Virus record (IMG/VR): IMGVR_UViG_3300017991_000090
Location: 1 to 64,000 of that record
Length of the DNA: 64,000 nucleotides
Origin: a virus
Reading direction: 5' to 3' (one strand)
The stretch's first letter is position 1; every line of letters starts with the position of its first letter. Both the position numbers and the translations under genes were made by a program. Positions 20,275 to 30,194 of the stretch are shown here, one piece after another. Below the pieces are notes generated by a model. The model was not told the DNA's origin and searched no databases. It was given only the letters and a program-made list of their open reading frames with translations.

Positions 20275-20360
20275 GTCTCAATCACCCATTTCGCTGCTTT
20301 TATCAGCATGTAATAAGTTCTGTATCTACCGTTTTTGTCCCGTGGCTGCTTGAACCCCAT
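20241..20360 (-). CDS. Small basic protein (39 aa, MGFKQPRDKNGRY...)
   Basis: TAATG coupling to the upstream ORF; fills the gap; below the ORF-track cutoff. Confidence 0.35.
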   Translation of the reverse strand: MGFKQPRDKNGRYRTYYMLIKAAKWVIETWQKMKRKSKI

Positions 20361-20749
20361 TACTGGCCACTTTCTATTAAGTAATAAGAATCATCACTGA
20401 ATGGTATAAATATGCTTCTGTGCGGTTGGTTAAGAGATTGCCATATCCATCCGCCAGGAACTTTGATTATTTTATTGTGTTTATCAACCTCGGCAGACTC
20501 ACCCAGCTGAAGTCTGTAAAATCGATGTGCCGTTGCGACACTTTCTTTACTCGGCTGTGACACATATTGCCTTAATGGCTCATACTTTTTACGAGCAACT
20601 TCCACCCATTCCGTAATTTTGCGCTCTATCCACTTTTTTCTTTCTAACAGATTAAGCATAGAAGGAGGGGCGTTGTCTCTCCTAAATGCTTCTTCAGCCG
20701 CCACCTCAAGGGTCAGCTTCAGCGCTGCGTTATTGTTTATCAGATCCAT
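20360..20749 (-). CDS. Hypothetical protein
   Basis: GGAGGG RBS; operon context. Confidence 0.55.
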   Translation of the reverse strand: MDLINNNAALKLTLEVAAEEAFRRDNAPPSMLNLLERKKWIERKITEWVEVARKKYEPLRQYVSQPSKESVATAHRFYRLQLGESAEVDKHNKIIKVPGGWIWQSLNQPHRSIFIPFSDDSYYLIESGQ

Positions 20750-21026
20750 CGGTTACCCTCCGTGATTTAATAATTCGATTAATTGATTGTTGAGACAGGC
20801 CAATGCGTTTAGATATATCATGCACTGTCATGCCCTGGTCATACAGTTTAATCGCAGAATTATTACGTTCAGGTATCCTCTCAAGCCTTGATGGTACTCC
20901 TAACTTTTTTCTTTGTTGCTGTACACTTTGTCGGGTTACACCGAGGTGCCTTGCTATTGCGGCGTCTGACCCATAATTATCCATCATATATTCCATTTGC
21001 TGTCTTGTAAATCTTTTGTTTGCCAA
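20730..21026 (-). CDS. Double helix-turn-helix DNA-binding protein
   Basis: AAIARHLGVTRQSV and HDISKRIGLSQQSI HTH motifs. Confidence 0.75.
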   Translation of the reverse strand: MANKRFTRQQMEYMMDNYGSDAAIARHLGVTRQSVQQQRKKLGVPSRLERIPERNNSAIKLYDQGMTVHDISKRIGLSQQSINRIIKSRRVTDGSDKQ

Positions 21027-21084
21027 GGAACCTCCTTTAAAAAGGTGGAAGGAGGGGCTTGCGCCCCATCCCCCCTTAATATTA

Positions 21085-21717
21085 CTACGTCCTCTTATGC
21101 AAATAATGATGCTTCAAGCCATCATGAATTACCTTCAGACGTTTATACTGCATTCCACCGCTTGCCTGTGCTCGTAAATATTTCGCAACATTACGCCGCT
21201 CGGGGGAGTCAGCATGTTGCTCAATAATATTTACACAGGTATTTGCAGCGATATTTTCATGCCGCTGCTGGGCAATCCGCGGATACAACCATCGAACTGC
21301 TCGATTGGGTGTCATGTGCTTTTCAAGGACATATCCCAGCCCGGATGCTCCATATACCGCTTCACCAGGCTTACCCTCCTTGGATGCAAAGTTCTTATTT
21401 AGCCAGGTCTTTGTATTTGTAATCACAGACGGGCTAAACTCATACTCGCCTGACCTGTCTCTGATAAGCTTCTTTAAAAGGCGATCTGCCTCTTTAGCGT
21501 TTGGAGCCATATACACCGTCAACATGTCATCAAGAGTCATGGTTAGGCGTACAGGTTTTTTCCATAAGAATATAATATTCCTTGCGTCTTTGCGCACAAT
21601 ACCATCGTGTAGCAATCGAGAACTGATTTCCGGGTTTGCCTCAATTCTACGGTGGATTTCAAACCTCAATTCCTTTGGGAATTTAGGCCTTACAGGTGAA
21701 ACTTTAGGTTTTGCCAT
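21085..21717 (-). CDS. Basic hypothetical protein
   Basis: 210 aa ORF with AGGAG RBS. Confidence 0.55.
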   Translation of the reverse strand: MAKPKVSPVRPKFPKELRFEIHRRIEANPEISSRLLHDGIVRKDARNIIFLWKKPVRLTMTLDDMLTVYMAPNAKEADRLLKKLIRDRSGEYEFSPSVITNTKTWLNKNFASKEGKPGEAVYGASGLGYVLEKHMTPNRAVRWLYPRIAQQRHENIAANTCVNIIEQHADSPERRNVAKYLRAQASGGMQYKRLKVIHDGLKHHYLHKRT

Positions 21718-21732
21718 TAGATTTTAAATCTC

Positions 21733-22299
21733 CTATCCGACAGCTTCGGCACTCATTACCATGTCGAGCTGACTGGCTATTGAATCAAGCGTGTTCAATT
21801 GATTAATACAGGCTTTGAATAGCTCCATTGTTTCACCGTACTGCTTATTCAGCCTGTTGTTTATTTCCTGCAACATCATATCTGATGCGCTGTTACTGTG
21901 ACTTTCGGCACCGGATTTTTCGGCAACCATGTCAGCAATTTTCTGAAGGTGCTTGTCAGTTAATATTTCAGTGAAATTTTCTTTCGTTGTTGGGCTCTTT
22001 TTCGGGCTTTGCTTGGCCGCTTTTCTTTGCTTCCTGATTTTCGCATGCGTTTCATTAAGAATAGTCTCGGCAAGCTTTAAATTTAATGCAAGGCCGTTCC
22101 AATGATACGGCTTCCCGTGACCCTTTCTTGAAACCGCGCCGTGCTTACGCAGAATCGGTCCCATAGTTACGTTGCGCAGAGTCTTCTCGCACATTTTAGA
22201 GAAATCCCTTATATTGCCCTTGTCAACTTTTGCCTTTACTCTTTTCAGGCGTTGCAGGACGATTTTAGGGGTTAATGTTTTTGTTGAGTGGTTGGCCAT
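21733..22299 (-). CDS. Hypothetical protein (basic N-terminus, coiled-coil C-terminus)
   Basis: AAGGAGG RBS. Confidence 0.6.
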   Translation of the reverse strand: MANHSTKTLTPKIVLQRLKRVKAKVDKGNIRDFSKMCEKTLRNVTMGPILRKHGAVSRKGHGKPYHWNGLALNLKLAETILNETHAKIRKQRKAAKQSPKKSPTTKENFTEILTDKHLQKIADMVAEKSGAESHSNSASDMMLQEINNRLNKQYGETMELFKACINQLNTLDSIASQLDMVMSAEAVG

Positions 22300-22374
22300 A
22301 ATCGGCCTCCTTTCTTAAAAGAAAAAAGGGCCGCATTGCTGCAGCCCTCCGTGAATAGTAATTTGATAGAAAAT

Positions 22375-24153
22375 TTATATTTTAAAACTATCTGGTTTCT
22401 TCAATATCCTTGACCATTGAGATAGCGTCAGTGATAAATCGACCTTCTTATCAATTGCTTTGAGTATAATCTCGTCAATAGTTTTTCTGACAGCCAACTC
22501 AATAGTGGTAACACTACTGGTTTGGCCCTTTCTGTGTTGTCTTCCCTCGGCCTGGTCTTTATCTACATAGGAGTACGAGTTGTTAAAGAATACAGCGTAA
22601 TTGCTAAATTGTATATTGTGACCATGCCCCATTTTCCCAGGGTTACCAATCATCCAGTTATACTGGTCTTCTTTAAATCTTTGAATTTGTTCGAAGGCGT
22701 TATCTTTCTCATAACACGTTAAAACCCGTTCATGGCCGAACGCCTCGCCAACTTTCTTTTTTATGAGTGATATTGCCGGAACATAAGTGCTCCAAACAAT
22801 AACTTTTCTGTCGATGGGTATATTGTTTAATGTTTGTATTAACAATCTCAGCTTTGGATTTTCATTCAGATAGATGACATTTCTGTGTGTCTTGGTCTTT
22901 CCGTCATCGTCAACAAACTTACGAGTGTTGATATAAAACCCTGAAGCTATTTGTCTTAATTTCTCAGTGAGAACCAGTGCGTTATTTGCTGTAATAGTGC
23001 CTGAACAGCTCATATTACATTTACCCTTCATGTCACAATGGTCGCACATATTATCAATCATTGTGACAAGGTCTGATTTCATTTCGGTGTACATCTTTTT
23101 CTGACCTGGTTCCATATCACATGTATGCGTTTCACGTATTAATGGAGGAAGGTCAAGGCACTCTTCTTTTCTGAATCGCACTGATATGCTGCCTATTATT
23201 TTGCTTACCTTCTCTACAGAGCCGTGGTTCGGCTTCCATATATGACCATCTGGGTCAACGGTATGCATAAATTCTTTCCGGAATGACCAGTACTTCGCAA
23301 ACGGCACAGTGTCAGGGCCAAGGAATCGATACGGCATATAAAATGACATCAGATTATTAGCCGTCAGAGTTCCTGTAAGTACGTGCTTGTATTTACAGAA
23401 CTCAAACTTTTTAACAATCTCTTTCGTCTGCCTTGAGCTGGGGCTTCCTATCCTATGCGCCTCATCAAGAACAACCATATCAAAATAGTCGTCAGGAGTC
23501 ACAGACAGGACGCTGAACATCTGCTCGTAGTTTCCTATGTATATATCGTAATCAATGTTTTTCTTTTGAATGGTGTACTTTTTATTGATTACCTTATCAG
23601 CCTGTGCTTTTCCTTTTAGAATCACCCCGGTTAAATGAGGAACCTGCAACTTCATCTCTGCAAGCACGTTTGGTTTTAAATCTGACATTGTAATAATCAA
23701 CGCTTTTTTTACTTGTCCGCGCTTTATTCTATTGTCAATAGCCCACAGGTATGGGCCTGTCTTACATGTGCCACAGTCAGCTATAACAGCGCTGACATCT
23801 GGGTATGCTATACAGTTGTACATTATCTTTTGATGCTCAAGTGGGTCATAGACGCCTTTGCAATCATATTCAAATTTAATCACTTGACCGTATTGGCTTT
23901 TAATCTTTCTTATAATTTCGCGCCGTTTAATCGTGTTGGCTACTACTTGGTCAATGAGCTGTTTAACGCCTTTGCCCCATTCGATACCATAGTTTTGAAA
24001 TCTGTATATCTTGGTACCGGATCTGAGCGGAATAGATATTTTGTTGACACGAAATATCTTTTTTCCGCTCATATGTTCTTTCATTGTTTCGAGAAGCGCC
24101 CTGTCATCACATCCGATGACAAGGTTATTCTTGTCAAGAACTTCGACAACCAC
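22375..24153 (-). CDS. SNF2-family (SF2) helicase/ATPase
   Basis: DCGTCKT, LDEAH, LTGT, QAEGRQHRKGQ motifs. Confidence 0.9.
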   Translation of the reverse strand: MVVEVLDKNNLVIGCDDRALLETMKEHMSGKKIFRVNKISIPLRSGTKIYRFQNYGIEWGKGVKQLIDQVVANTIKRREIIRKIKSQYGQVIKFEYDCKGVYDPLEHQKIMYNCIAYPDVSAVIADCGTCKTGPYLWAIDNRIKRGQVKKALIITMSDLKPNVLAEMKLQVPHLTGVILKGKAQADKVINKKYTIQKKNIDYDIYIGNYEQMFSVLSVTPDDYFDMVVLDEAHRIGSPSSRQTKEIVKKFEFCKYKHVLTGTLTANNLMSFYMPYRFLGPDTVPFAKYWSFRKEFMHTVDPDGHIWKPNHGSVEKVSKIIGSISVRFRKEECLDLPPLIRETHTCDMEPGQKKMYTEMKSDLVTMIDNMCDHCDMKGKCNMSCSGTITANNALVLTEKLRQIASGFYINTRKFVDDDGKTKTHRNVIYLNENPKLRLLIQTLNNIPIDRKVIVWSTYVPAISLIKKKVGEAFGHERVLTCYEKDNAFEQIQRFKEDQYNWMIGNPGKMGHGHNIQFSNYAVFFNNSYSYVDKDQAEGRQHRKGQTSSVTTIELAVRKTIDEIILKAIDKKVDLSLTLSQWSRILKKPDSFKI

Positions 24154-24161
24154 AGTCCCTC

Positions 24162-24641
24162 CTATACCCAGTTAAAGAATCCGGTCTTTATGACATTGTT
24201 CTGTACAATGCCGACAAATTGAAGGGTTTTGTCACCACTCCAACTTTTAATATCCACAGTGAACCTGAACTCTGTGCCGCCATTTGCAGCAGGCTCTTCT
24301 TTATATTCGTTCTTTTTACGAGCATTCGCAAGCAGAGTAATGATAAATGATTTTAGATTTGAAGAAAAAAGTAATGAGTCATATCGAGACTCAGGTTTAC
24401 ATATATCATTATATATAACAGAGTTTTTCAAAGCAAGCTTTTCAAAACGTTCTGATATCTGCTTGAAGGCGTGTGCCGAGACTTCAACACCATACCCGCC
24501 GTCGCCATCAGGGCTGCCAAGCTCAGTCTTAAGCTCTTCCAACAATCTTATCTTATTGTGAAGCTCCCTTTCCAATGACCCGAGACCACTAAGGGTTTCG
24601 GCGTATCGTATATATATTTCAGTTAGGTCATTCTCAGCCAT
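24162..24641 (-). CDS. Hypothetical protein (possible RelE/BECR-like fold)
   Basis: SAHAFKQISERF...VIKT pattern, weak. Confidence 0.4.
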   Translation of the reverse strand: MAENDLTEIYIRYAETLSGLGSLERELHNKIRLLEELKTELGSPDGDGGYGVEVSAHAFKQISERFEKLALKNSVIYNDICKPESRYDSLLFSSNLKSFIITLLANARKKNEYKEEPAANGGTEFRFTVDIKSWSGDKTLQFVGIVQNNVIKTGFFNWV

Positions 24642-25347
24642 CTGTTACCTCCTTAAAGACTATCATTCCGTATTTACAACTATCTAATGGCAGAGTACAT
24701 GCGTAGGTGTAATTATTGATATTCTTCTTATAAATTGCAAGATGTTTAATAAACTGTTCTACAGACTTCGTTCTCATATAATGGCGGCGTTTTTCAAGAA
24801 AGTAAAGCCTTTTTCTGCGACCAACAAAACTCTGGTCAACGATTGAAGCAAATAAATATCCGCTCGATAATATCGTCGGCGTGCTTCTTAAAAAAGATAT
24901 TTTTAGATTTATAATTTTATGATTAACGTATTTATTCAGATAGTGGTGTGGCAGCACCAGATTGTTACCCTCTGTAAAATATGGGGTAAATTCATTTTCT
25001 AATTTTGTACTGCGTTTGCCAAGGCTGAACTTTACGGGTTTTATTCTGAACAGCTCATCCGGTTCAGGGTTTAATCGCTCAGTATAGTACCACGCCTTCT
25101 TTCCGGCGTGCGGTGTCAATTGTTTTGGTGTCCTTATCAATACCTTACCGGCGTCGAACTGGACTTTCTTATAATATTTTCCTAACGTTAATTCGTCTCC
25201 TCCGGGTGGTTTGGCTATTAGGTTTGTACCACCCGTATCATCAACAAGAAAGAAATGTACATACTCAATATTTCCTTCTACGATACGTTGATAAATCTCA
25301 TCATCATCGATGACAATATTTTTCTTTTGGATAGTAAAAACATTCAT
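24634..25347 (-). CDS. Hypothetical protein
   Basis: 237 aa ORF coupled to its neighbour. Confidence 0.55.
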   Translation of the reverse strand: MNVFTIQKKNIVIDDDEIYQRIVEGNIEYVHFFLVDDTGGTNLIAKPPGGDELTLGKYYKKVQFDAGKVLIRTPKQLTPHAGKKAWYYTERLNPEPDELFRIKPVKFSLGKRSTKLENEFTPYFTEGNNLVLPHHYLNKYVNHKIINLKISFLRSTPTILSSGYLFASIVDQSFVGRRKRLYFLEKRRHYMRTKSVEQFIKHLAIYKKNINNYTYACTLPLDSCKYGMIVFKEVTDG

Positions 25348-25380
25348 AGCACCCCTTTAAAAAAGAGAATGGTGAAAACA

Positions 25381-25518
25381 TTATTTACGACGCTTCCACC
25401 ATTCGGCTATTTGGTGTATCCTTTTGTTAGTTTCATCAATTATTATAGTTTTAATGCTTCGTATAATTGATGCTGTTGCTGATCCAGTAATGATAACGAT
25501 AACAATGGCCTTACGCAT
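25381..25518 (-). CDS. Small protein (45 aa, MRKAIVIVIITG...WWKRRK)
   Basis: GGGAGG RBS; hydrophobic N-terminus. Confidence 0.5.
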   Translation of the reverse strand: MRKAIVIVIITGSATASIIRSIKTIIIDETNKRIHQIAEWWKRRK

Positions 25519-25567
25519 ATACCTCCCTTTTTAAGTGAAACACCTCGGGGAGTGTTCACTTAAAAGG

Positions 25568-27646
25568 TTATGCGTTCAGGTAATTACCATTCTTCGCTTC
25601 TTTCTCAGTAAAAGCATCAAACTGTGATTTTGTCTTTTTCTTCGATATAGAGTCAAGCTCATCTTCATTAAACTCAAGCTTCTTTTTCTCAATCAGAGCT
25701 TTCATGGATGCGTCTGTTAAGCTGAAGAAGTTAATAAAATCCTCAACTTTGAGACCCTTCTTTAAAAGGAATTGCATTGATTTAAGAGGGAAATACTCTC
25801 TGTGCTCCTTGATATAATAATCAAGCTTTGCATGCACATCAATGTGAACCGGGTCGGCACACCCGTTAATGAAAACCTTGCATTGGTTTGTGAGCCTTTT
25901 ATTTTCAGCCTTATTAGCCTCAACACGTTTCCATGCCATCTGACAATCCTCTATATCAGTAACCACGAACCGTTCAGGGTCATCGATATTGTTAATAAAT
26001 CTCTTGTCAAACAACGGGCATCTACCCTCATCACCGAGAAAACAGGTGTGGCAGAATTCGTTACGTTCAGGCTCAAAAGCATTACCACCGGTTTTAAGCA
26101 TTTCTGATTCAATCAACCTAATTGAGTCGTGGATCCACTGAAGCGCCTCATCGACAATCGATTTTATATCAGTGACCTCATACTCAACTGTTTTACCGAA
26201 CCTCAGAAACTCTATCCTGACAATAATACGATTATAGCTTTCTCTCGGCATGAAGTAAAATATCAACAGGATATATATCTTCATCTGTATATCTTCTCTC
26301 AACTGCTGAACTGTCATCAGCTTTCTGGATGTTTTGTAATCAGTGATAACAATACAATCCTTCATGTACCCAATAACATCAAGCACGCCTCTAAAGAAGG
26401 CTTTATTGGAAAAGAAATCTGCCAGCAACTTCCAGTCTTTATCAAAGGCAAGGCGCTTTTCGGTAAGTATTATATCACCAGGAACCAGCGAAAAATCTTT
26501 GGTCTGATAAAATTTATCCATAATAAAGCGAACGTCTTTAATAATCGCAGGGTCGCTACATCTTACGCTGGTTATTGCAGCATTGATAATTTCGTTGTAC
26601 GATTCCATATCAGGAATTGACGGGTTTTCATAACTGTCGGCAGGCACAACCTTGTCAAGCTCATATATCAATGCAGCAAGACCTTCCAGCCCATTGAAAT
26701 ACTCTTTTATCCTGTTGGGGTGCCGGTAAAAGAACCTGCCAACATGTTTAAAAGTTATTGACTCAAGCTCCACTTTTAAATCTTTAGAAGCCTCTCCCCT
26801 GAGTTCGGGAAACACCTCCAACTTTTTGATGCGACCATAGGCCGCCATTTTATTAGCAATCAGTTCCCGATAACACCACTGCCCTGACCACTCAGCCACC
26901 TTATGACATATCTTTCCAGTAGTCAGATAGTCAACATCGGGCTGCTTGGCTTTTTTGATATACTGCATATACCATTTGAACCTGCACTGGTGAAATAGGT
27001 TTATTCTTGAAAAGGAATATGCCTGGGTGGCAAATACCTGCTTGTCTCCATCTGTTGGTATAACTCCAATTTGATGGGCGGCTGTTTTAACTTTATCATC
27101 AGGCCTCTGTGCAAACAATGGTGCAGTAGCCTTACGCTCAGCCTCTTCTTCATCCATTTCTTTTAATTTGACAAAAAGCTCAATACACTTCATGACGTCG
27201 TATTCCGACCTGTGGGCCTGTTTATCGTCCCACTCTATCCCGAGCCTTTGGCAAGCTGTCTTGAGCTTATTCCCACCACGCCAGCGCTTCCTGCACATCA
27301 ATAAAGTGTCTGCGGTGGCTTTGGTGTTAATGCGAAGAAATTTAATATCAAAGCCATCAATATTGTGGCCGACAACAGTTCTTCTTCCGAAGAACGCTGC
27401 TATTTTTTCACGAATTCCATCTTTAAGAAAGTATGGGCAATTCTTGACCATGTCCCAGGTGATATTATTAATCTTTGTCACCTCCGGCGGTACCATGCCG
27501 AGCATTGGCTTGCAGAGCTGGGTGATTACTTCCCCAATCTCTCCTTTGAGATTAAACTCAATAGCCGTCACCTCAATGACTTCATCGTTCTGATGATTCA
27601 GTCCTGTGGTCTCTACATCAACGCAAACGTAATCGTATTTTGCCAT
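25568..27646 (-). CDS. DnaQ/epsilon-like DEDDh exonuclease fused to an AddB/Cas4-like PD-(D/E)XK nuclease
   Basis: DVETTG, GHN...FD, AHRSEYD; then YSFSR...QCRFKW, D...DYKT, Q-x3-Y, CxxC-x7-CP. Confidence 0.85.
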   Translation of the reverse strand: MAKYDYVCVDVETTGLNHQNDEVIEVTAIEFNLKGEIGEVITQLCKPMLGMVPPEVTKINNITWDMVKNCPYFLKDGIREKIAAFFGRRTVVGHNIDGFDIKFLRINTKATADTLLMCRKRWRGGNKLKTACQRLGIEWDDKQAHRSEYDVMKCIELFVKLKEMDEEEAERKATAPLFAQRPDDKVKTAAHQIGVIPTDGDKQVFATQAYSFSRINLFHQCRFKWYMQYIKKAKQPDVDYLTTGKICHKVAEWSGQWCYRELIANKMAAYGRIKKLEVFPELRGEASKDLKVELESITFKHVGRFFYRHPNRIKEYFNGLEGLAALIYELDKVVPADSYENPSIPDMESYNEIINAAITSVRCSDPAIIKDVRFIMDKFYQTKDFSLVPGDIILTEKRLAFDKDWKLLADFFSNKAFFRGVLDVIGYMKDCIVITDYKTSRKLMTVQQLREDIQMKIYILLIFYFMPRESYNRIIVRIEFLRFGKTVEYEVTDIKSIVDEALQWIHDSIRLIESEMLKTGGNAFEPERNEFCHTCFLGDEGRCPLFDKRFINNIDDPERFVVTDIEDCQMAWKRVEANKAENKRLTNQCKVFINGCADPVHIDVHAKLDYYIKEHREYFPLKSMQFLLKKGLKVEDFINFFSLTDASMKALIEKKKLEFNEDELDSISKKKTKSQFDAFTEKEAKNGNYLNA

Positions 27647-28114
27647 TTACTTTTTTGGTTCTCCTTCTACTTTGTCTTCAGGCATTTTGTCAATAGTGCT
27701 CTGTACTCTTTCAATTAGGTTTGTATAAAACTTGGCATCATCAACACTTTTGACACCTTTTAATAATTTATAAATTCCGGAGAGTAAAACCACCATCTCC
27801 ACTTTGTTAAATTCTACTTTTACTTCAGTGACTTCCTTTCGTATTGCGATGCCGAAACTTTTTTCGACAGCGTCTTCCACATCGATTGCACGCTTACGAT
27901 ACATCGCCCTTTCTTCGCTCACCCTCTCGAGCATGATAAATAATTGTGCTATAGCGCATGTTTTCTGGCCAATCTTTTCATTCAATTTATAATTTGCCTG
28001 GTTCAGCGTTTCTATATCACGATTTGCCTCTTTAAGCTTTTCGCGGGGCACATATAATGCTATTGCTGTTGCCACCCATCCTGTTATTGCTGCAATTATT
28101 AAAAAAGTGACCAT
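27647..28114 (-). CDS. Membrane-anchored coiled-coil protein
   Basis: N-terminal TM segment (FLIIAAITGWVATAIALYV); GGAGG RBS. Confidence 0.6.
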   Translation of the reverse strand: MVTFLIIAAITGWVATAIALYVPREKLKEANRDIETLNQANYKLNEKIGQKTCAIAQLFIMLERVSEERAMYRKRAIDVEDAVEKSFGIAIRKEVTEVKVEFNKVEMVVLLSGIYKLLKGVKSVDDAKFYTNLIERVQSTIDKMPEDKVEGEPKK

Positions 28115-28115
28115 T

Positions 28116-28331
28116 CTACCTCCATCCGTGTACCTGGTCAAAGAGTTTAAATATGTCGGTAATTCGGTCAGGACTCAACCCATTGATATAATATTTAATA
28201 TGCTGCCTTATCTTCACCCATTCAGGGTCCACAAATATTTTATCGGGCATTCCAATACCTTTAAGCGTCTCTATTAATTTATCGTAACGTGCCACCCATG
28301 GGTCTTCTATTTTCGGAATCTCTTTTACCAA
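28116..28331 (-). CDS. Hypothetical protein
   Basis: AAGGAGG RBS, TTG start. Confidence 0.55.
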   Translation of the reverse strand: MVKEIPKIEDPWVARYDKLIETLKGIGMPDKIFVDPEWVKIRQHIKYYINGLSPDRITDIFKLFDQVHGWR

Positions 28332-28345
28332 AATCCCTCCTTTGA

Positions 28346-28553
28346 TGGTATATAACTAATTTGACAATGACAATTTAAACCGTTGTTGCATAGGCCCGCT
28401 GGCACCTATCCGCTCGGATAGCGGATGGCACATCCCGCTAATAGAGCGGAATGGTGCGAGGAGGGCCGAGCAACTGAGGTTTGAAATTGAGAATCAAGTT
28501 AATTAATAAATTACAATGGCGAAACACCATCCTAATAAAAGTCTTATATACCA
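28346..28553 (-). ncRNA. Retron-like msr-msd ncRNA, unit A
   Basis: 10-bp IR TGGTATATAA (28346-55)/TTATATACCA (28544-53); inner G.G at 28543/28356; msr loop AUGGUG-UUU-CGCCAU (28516-30); branched msd 28357-28501. Confidence 0.75.
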
Positions 28554-28604
28554 AAATAAATCTCCCATATCAGTGATTACAGTTTTTTATCTTAAATAAC
28601 TTGA

Positions 28605-28814
28605 TTATATCGGCTCTTTGGAGCCGTTTTTAACTATTTGCGCATCTTTAAAATGCATAGCCATAACGCAACCGTCTGCGTTGGTTGGCTCGCCAAGCCA
28701 CTCAGTATCGTTTTCAAGCATTTGCTTGAGGTCAACGTTTTTATTGACTTTTACAATCATACTGAAGGTGGCTTCTAATGTGACTCTCCGCGTTCCGTCT
28801 TTGCTCGTTCCCAT
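28605..28814 (-). CDS. Hypothetical protein
   Basis: AAGGAG RBS, 69 aa. Confidence 0.5.
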   Translation of the reverse strand: MGTSKDGTRRVTLEATFSMIVKVNKNVDLKQMLENDTEWLGEPTNADGCVMAMHFKDAQIVKNGSKEPI

Positions 28815-29308
28815 CGCAACTCCTTATCATGGTGTGGGCCGGGAGACCCGATTAATGCAATCTTACGAACCATATGGACCGGTTTTATAGCAATGTCCAG
28901 TTTAAGGTTTTTGCGCATCGTGAGCATAACGTTGACACCCATCGCCTCCGGTATCTTATGGTAGATTAAATCCTTATTTCCAATAAAACTTTTACACTTA
29001 ACGTCAAGTTGGCTCCTGACACCATTCTGCCAGTATAACACGCACCTGCATTGACGCTCTGACCACTCTGGGTGCTTCTTTTTCATTTTGTCGGCGAATT
29101 CGCCAATATTAAATTCAACAATAGCAAACCAGTGTGGCTTGGTTAAATCATAATATTCACCCACTTTTGGAAAGCAGCATTTATTAGGATAATTAGGGCA
29201 CCCCTTCGGGTGTCCTGGGTATGGAAGCTCACACCAGGCTTTCAGTCCACCGACTCGTGTTGCTGCGCGATAATTGATTATAAGTTTATTTGTTACTTCT
29301 ACTATCAT
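28775..29308 (-). CDS. DUF2284-like Cys-rich metal-binding protein
   Basis: C...GCPNY...CC-P and PEAMGVNV motifs. Confidence 0.65.
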   Translation of the reverse strand: MIVEVTNKLIINYRAATRVGGLKAWCELPYPGHPKGCPNYPNKCCFPKVGEYYDLTKPHWFAIVEFNIGEFADKMKKKHPEWSERQCRCVLYWQNGVRSQLDVKCKSFIGNKDLIYHKIPEAMGVNVMLTMRKNLKLDIAIKPVHMVRKIALIGSPGPHHDKELRWERAKTERGESH

Positions 29309-29323
29309 TTAATCTCCGTATTT

Positions 29324-29355
29324 AAAAAAAAGAGGCGTTTTACCGCCCCCTTTTT
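29324..29355 (-). terminator. Intrinsic terminator closing the ncRNA array
   Basis: - strand AGGGGGCG-GTAAAA-CGCCTCT followed by a T-run. Confidence 0.7.
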
Positions 29356-29591
29356 GTGCGACTAAATCGATAAGTTCGCAAGCACGTTGACGGCGTGTAG
29401 GGGTGGAATGGTCCTGCAGCATTCTTTCCTCGTCTTTTCCGAAACTCTTCTGAAAAAGCCCTTTTTCTGAAGAGTAGAGGAAGAGTAAAGAATGCGTAAC
29501 GGACCTGGAACCCCGGGCGCCGTAACACGTCTTGCGCTTAACACCAAATTAATGGCTGTGACGAAACATCACAATTAAGCGACTCGCACAA
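29354..29591 (-). ncRNA. Retron-like msr-msd ncRNA, unit B
   Basis: IR TTGTGCGA/TCGCACAA; G.G at 29583/29362; msr UGUGAUG-UUU-CGUCACA; about 160-nt msd hairpin 29377-29536. Confidence 0.8.
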
Positions 29592-29823
29592 CATAACTTA
29601 AGATAGATTAACCGGTGGTGGCCACGAGCCATGGGCCCTGGATAACACCTCCGATTGTTCCGGAAAAACGCAGTGACTCCGGAACCCTCGGAGGAGTTCT
29701 CCCGGGCCCATGGCGTGGGCCACCACCCGACGGGCAGCAAGATTCTTGCTGCCCGGAAGGGGCCGGGCATAGCGTTTTTTCCGTCTAACACCCTACCGAA
29801 ACAGTAGGTTTAGAACTTATGTT
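29590..29823 (-). ncRNA. Retron-like msr-msd ncRNA, unit C
   Basis: IR AACATAA/TTATGTT; G.G at 29816/29597; msr CCUACUG-UUU-CGGUAGG; msd hairpins 29614-29727 and 29731-29755. Confidence 0.8.
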
Positions 29824-29824
29824 A

Positions 29825-30184
29825 ATACAACTAAAGATTGAAATATCCTTCTATTACTGAAACATCGACGTGATCTCAGGTTACCGGTCTGGCTATGGCC
29901 AACGCCATTGCCAGTCCGGTCACCTGTGTGATCTCGTCGCTGTTTCATAATCGAAGGAACAAGCGAAGGCCCGGAAACTCTCCTGATGAGCTCTGGGTTC
30001 GAGATGAGCCAAGTCATCAGGACCCAGCTTCCAGGTGCAGCGGGTCAACCGGCGAACCTGGACGCTTGGGTCCTGATGATATGGAATCATCTCGAACCCA
30101 GAGCTCATCACTCCCAGTTTCCGGTGCCGCAGCGCCTTACCTTTGCTTAGTATTGCCGGTGAAACACCAGCCTTTCTCTTGTAT
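29825..30184 (-). ncRNA. Retron-like msr-msd ncRNA, unit D
   Basis: IR ATACAA/TTGTAT; G.G at 30178/29831; msr GCUGGUG-UUU-CACCGGC; two msd hairpins 29846-29958 and 29971-30124. Confidence 0.8.
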
Positions 30185-30194
30185 AAAATGTATA

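Noticed and set aside
29975-30080. Hammerhead ribozyme (CTGATGAG and GAAAC present)
   Set aside because: CTGATGA lies within a perfect 24-bp stem on the non-transcribed strand, and GAAA is not placed after a stem II, so the core cannot be drawn.
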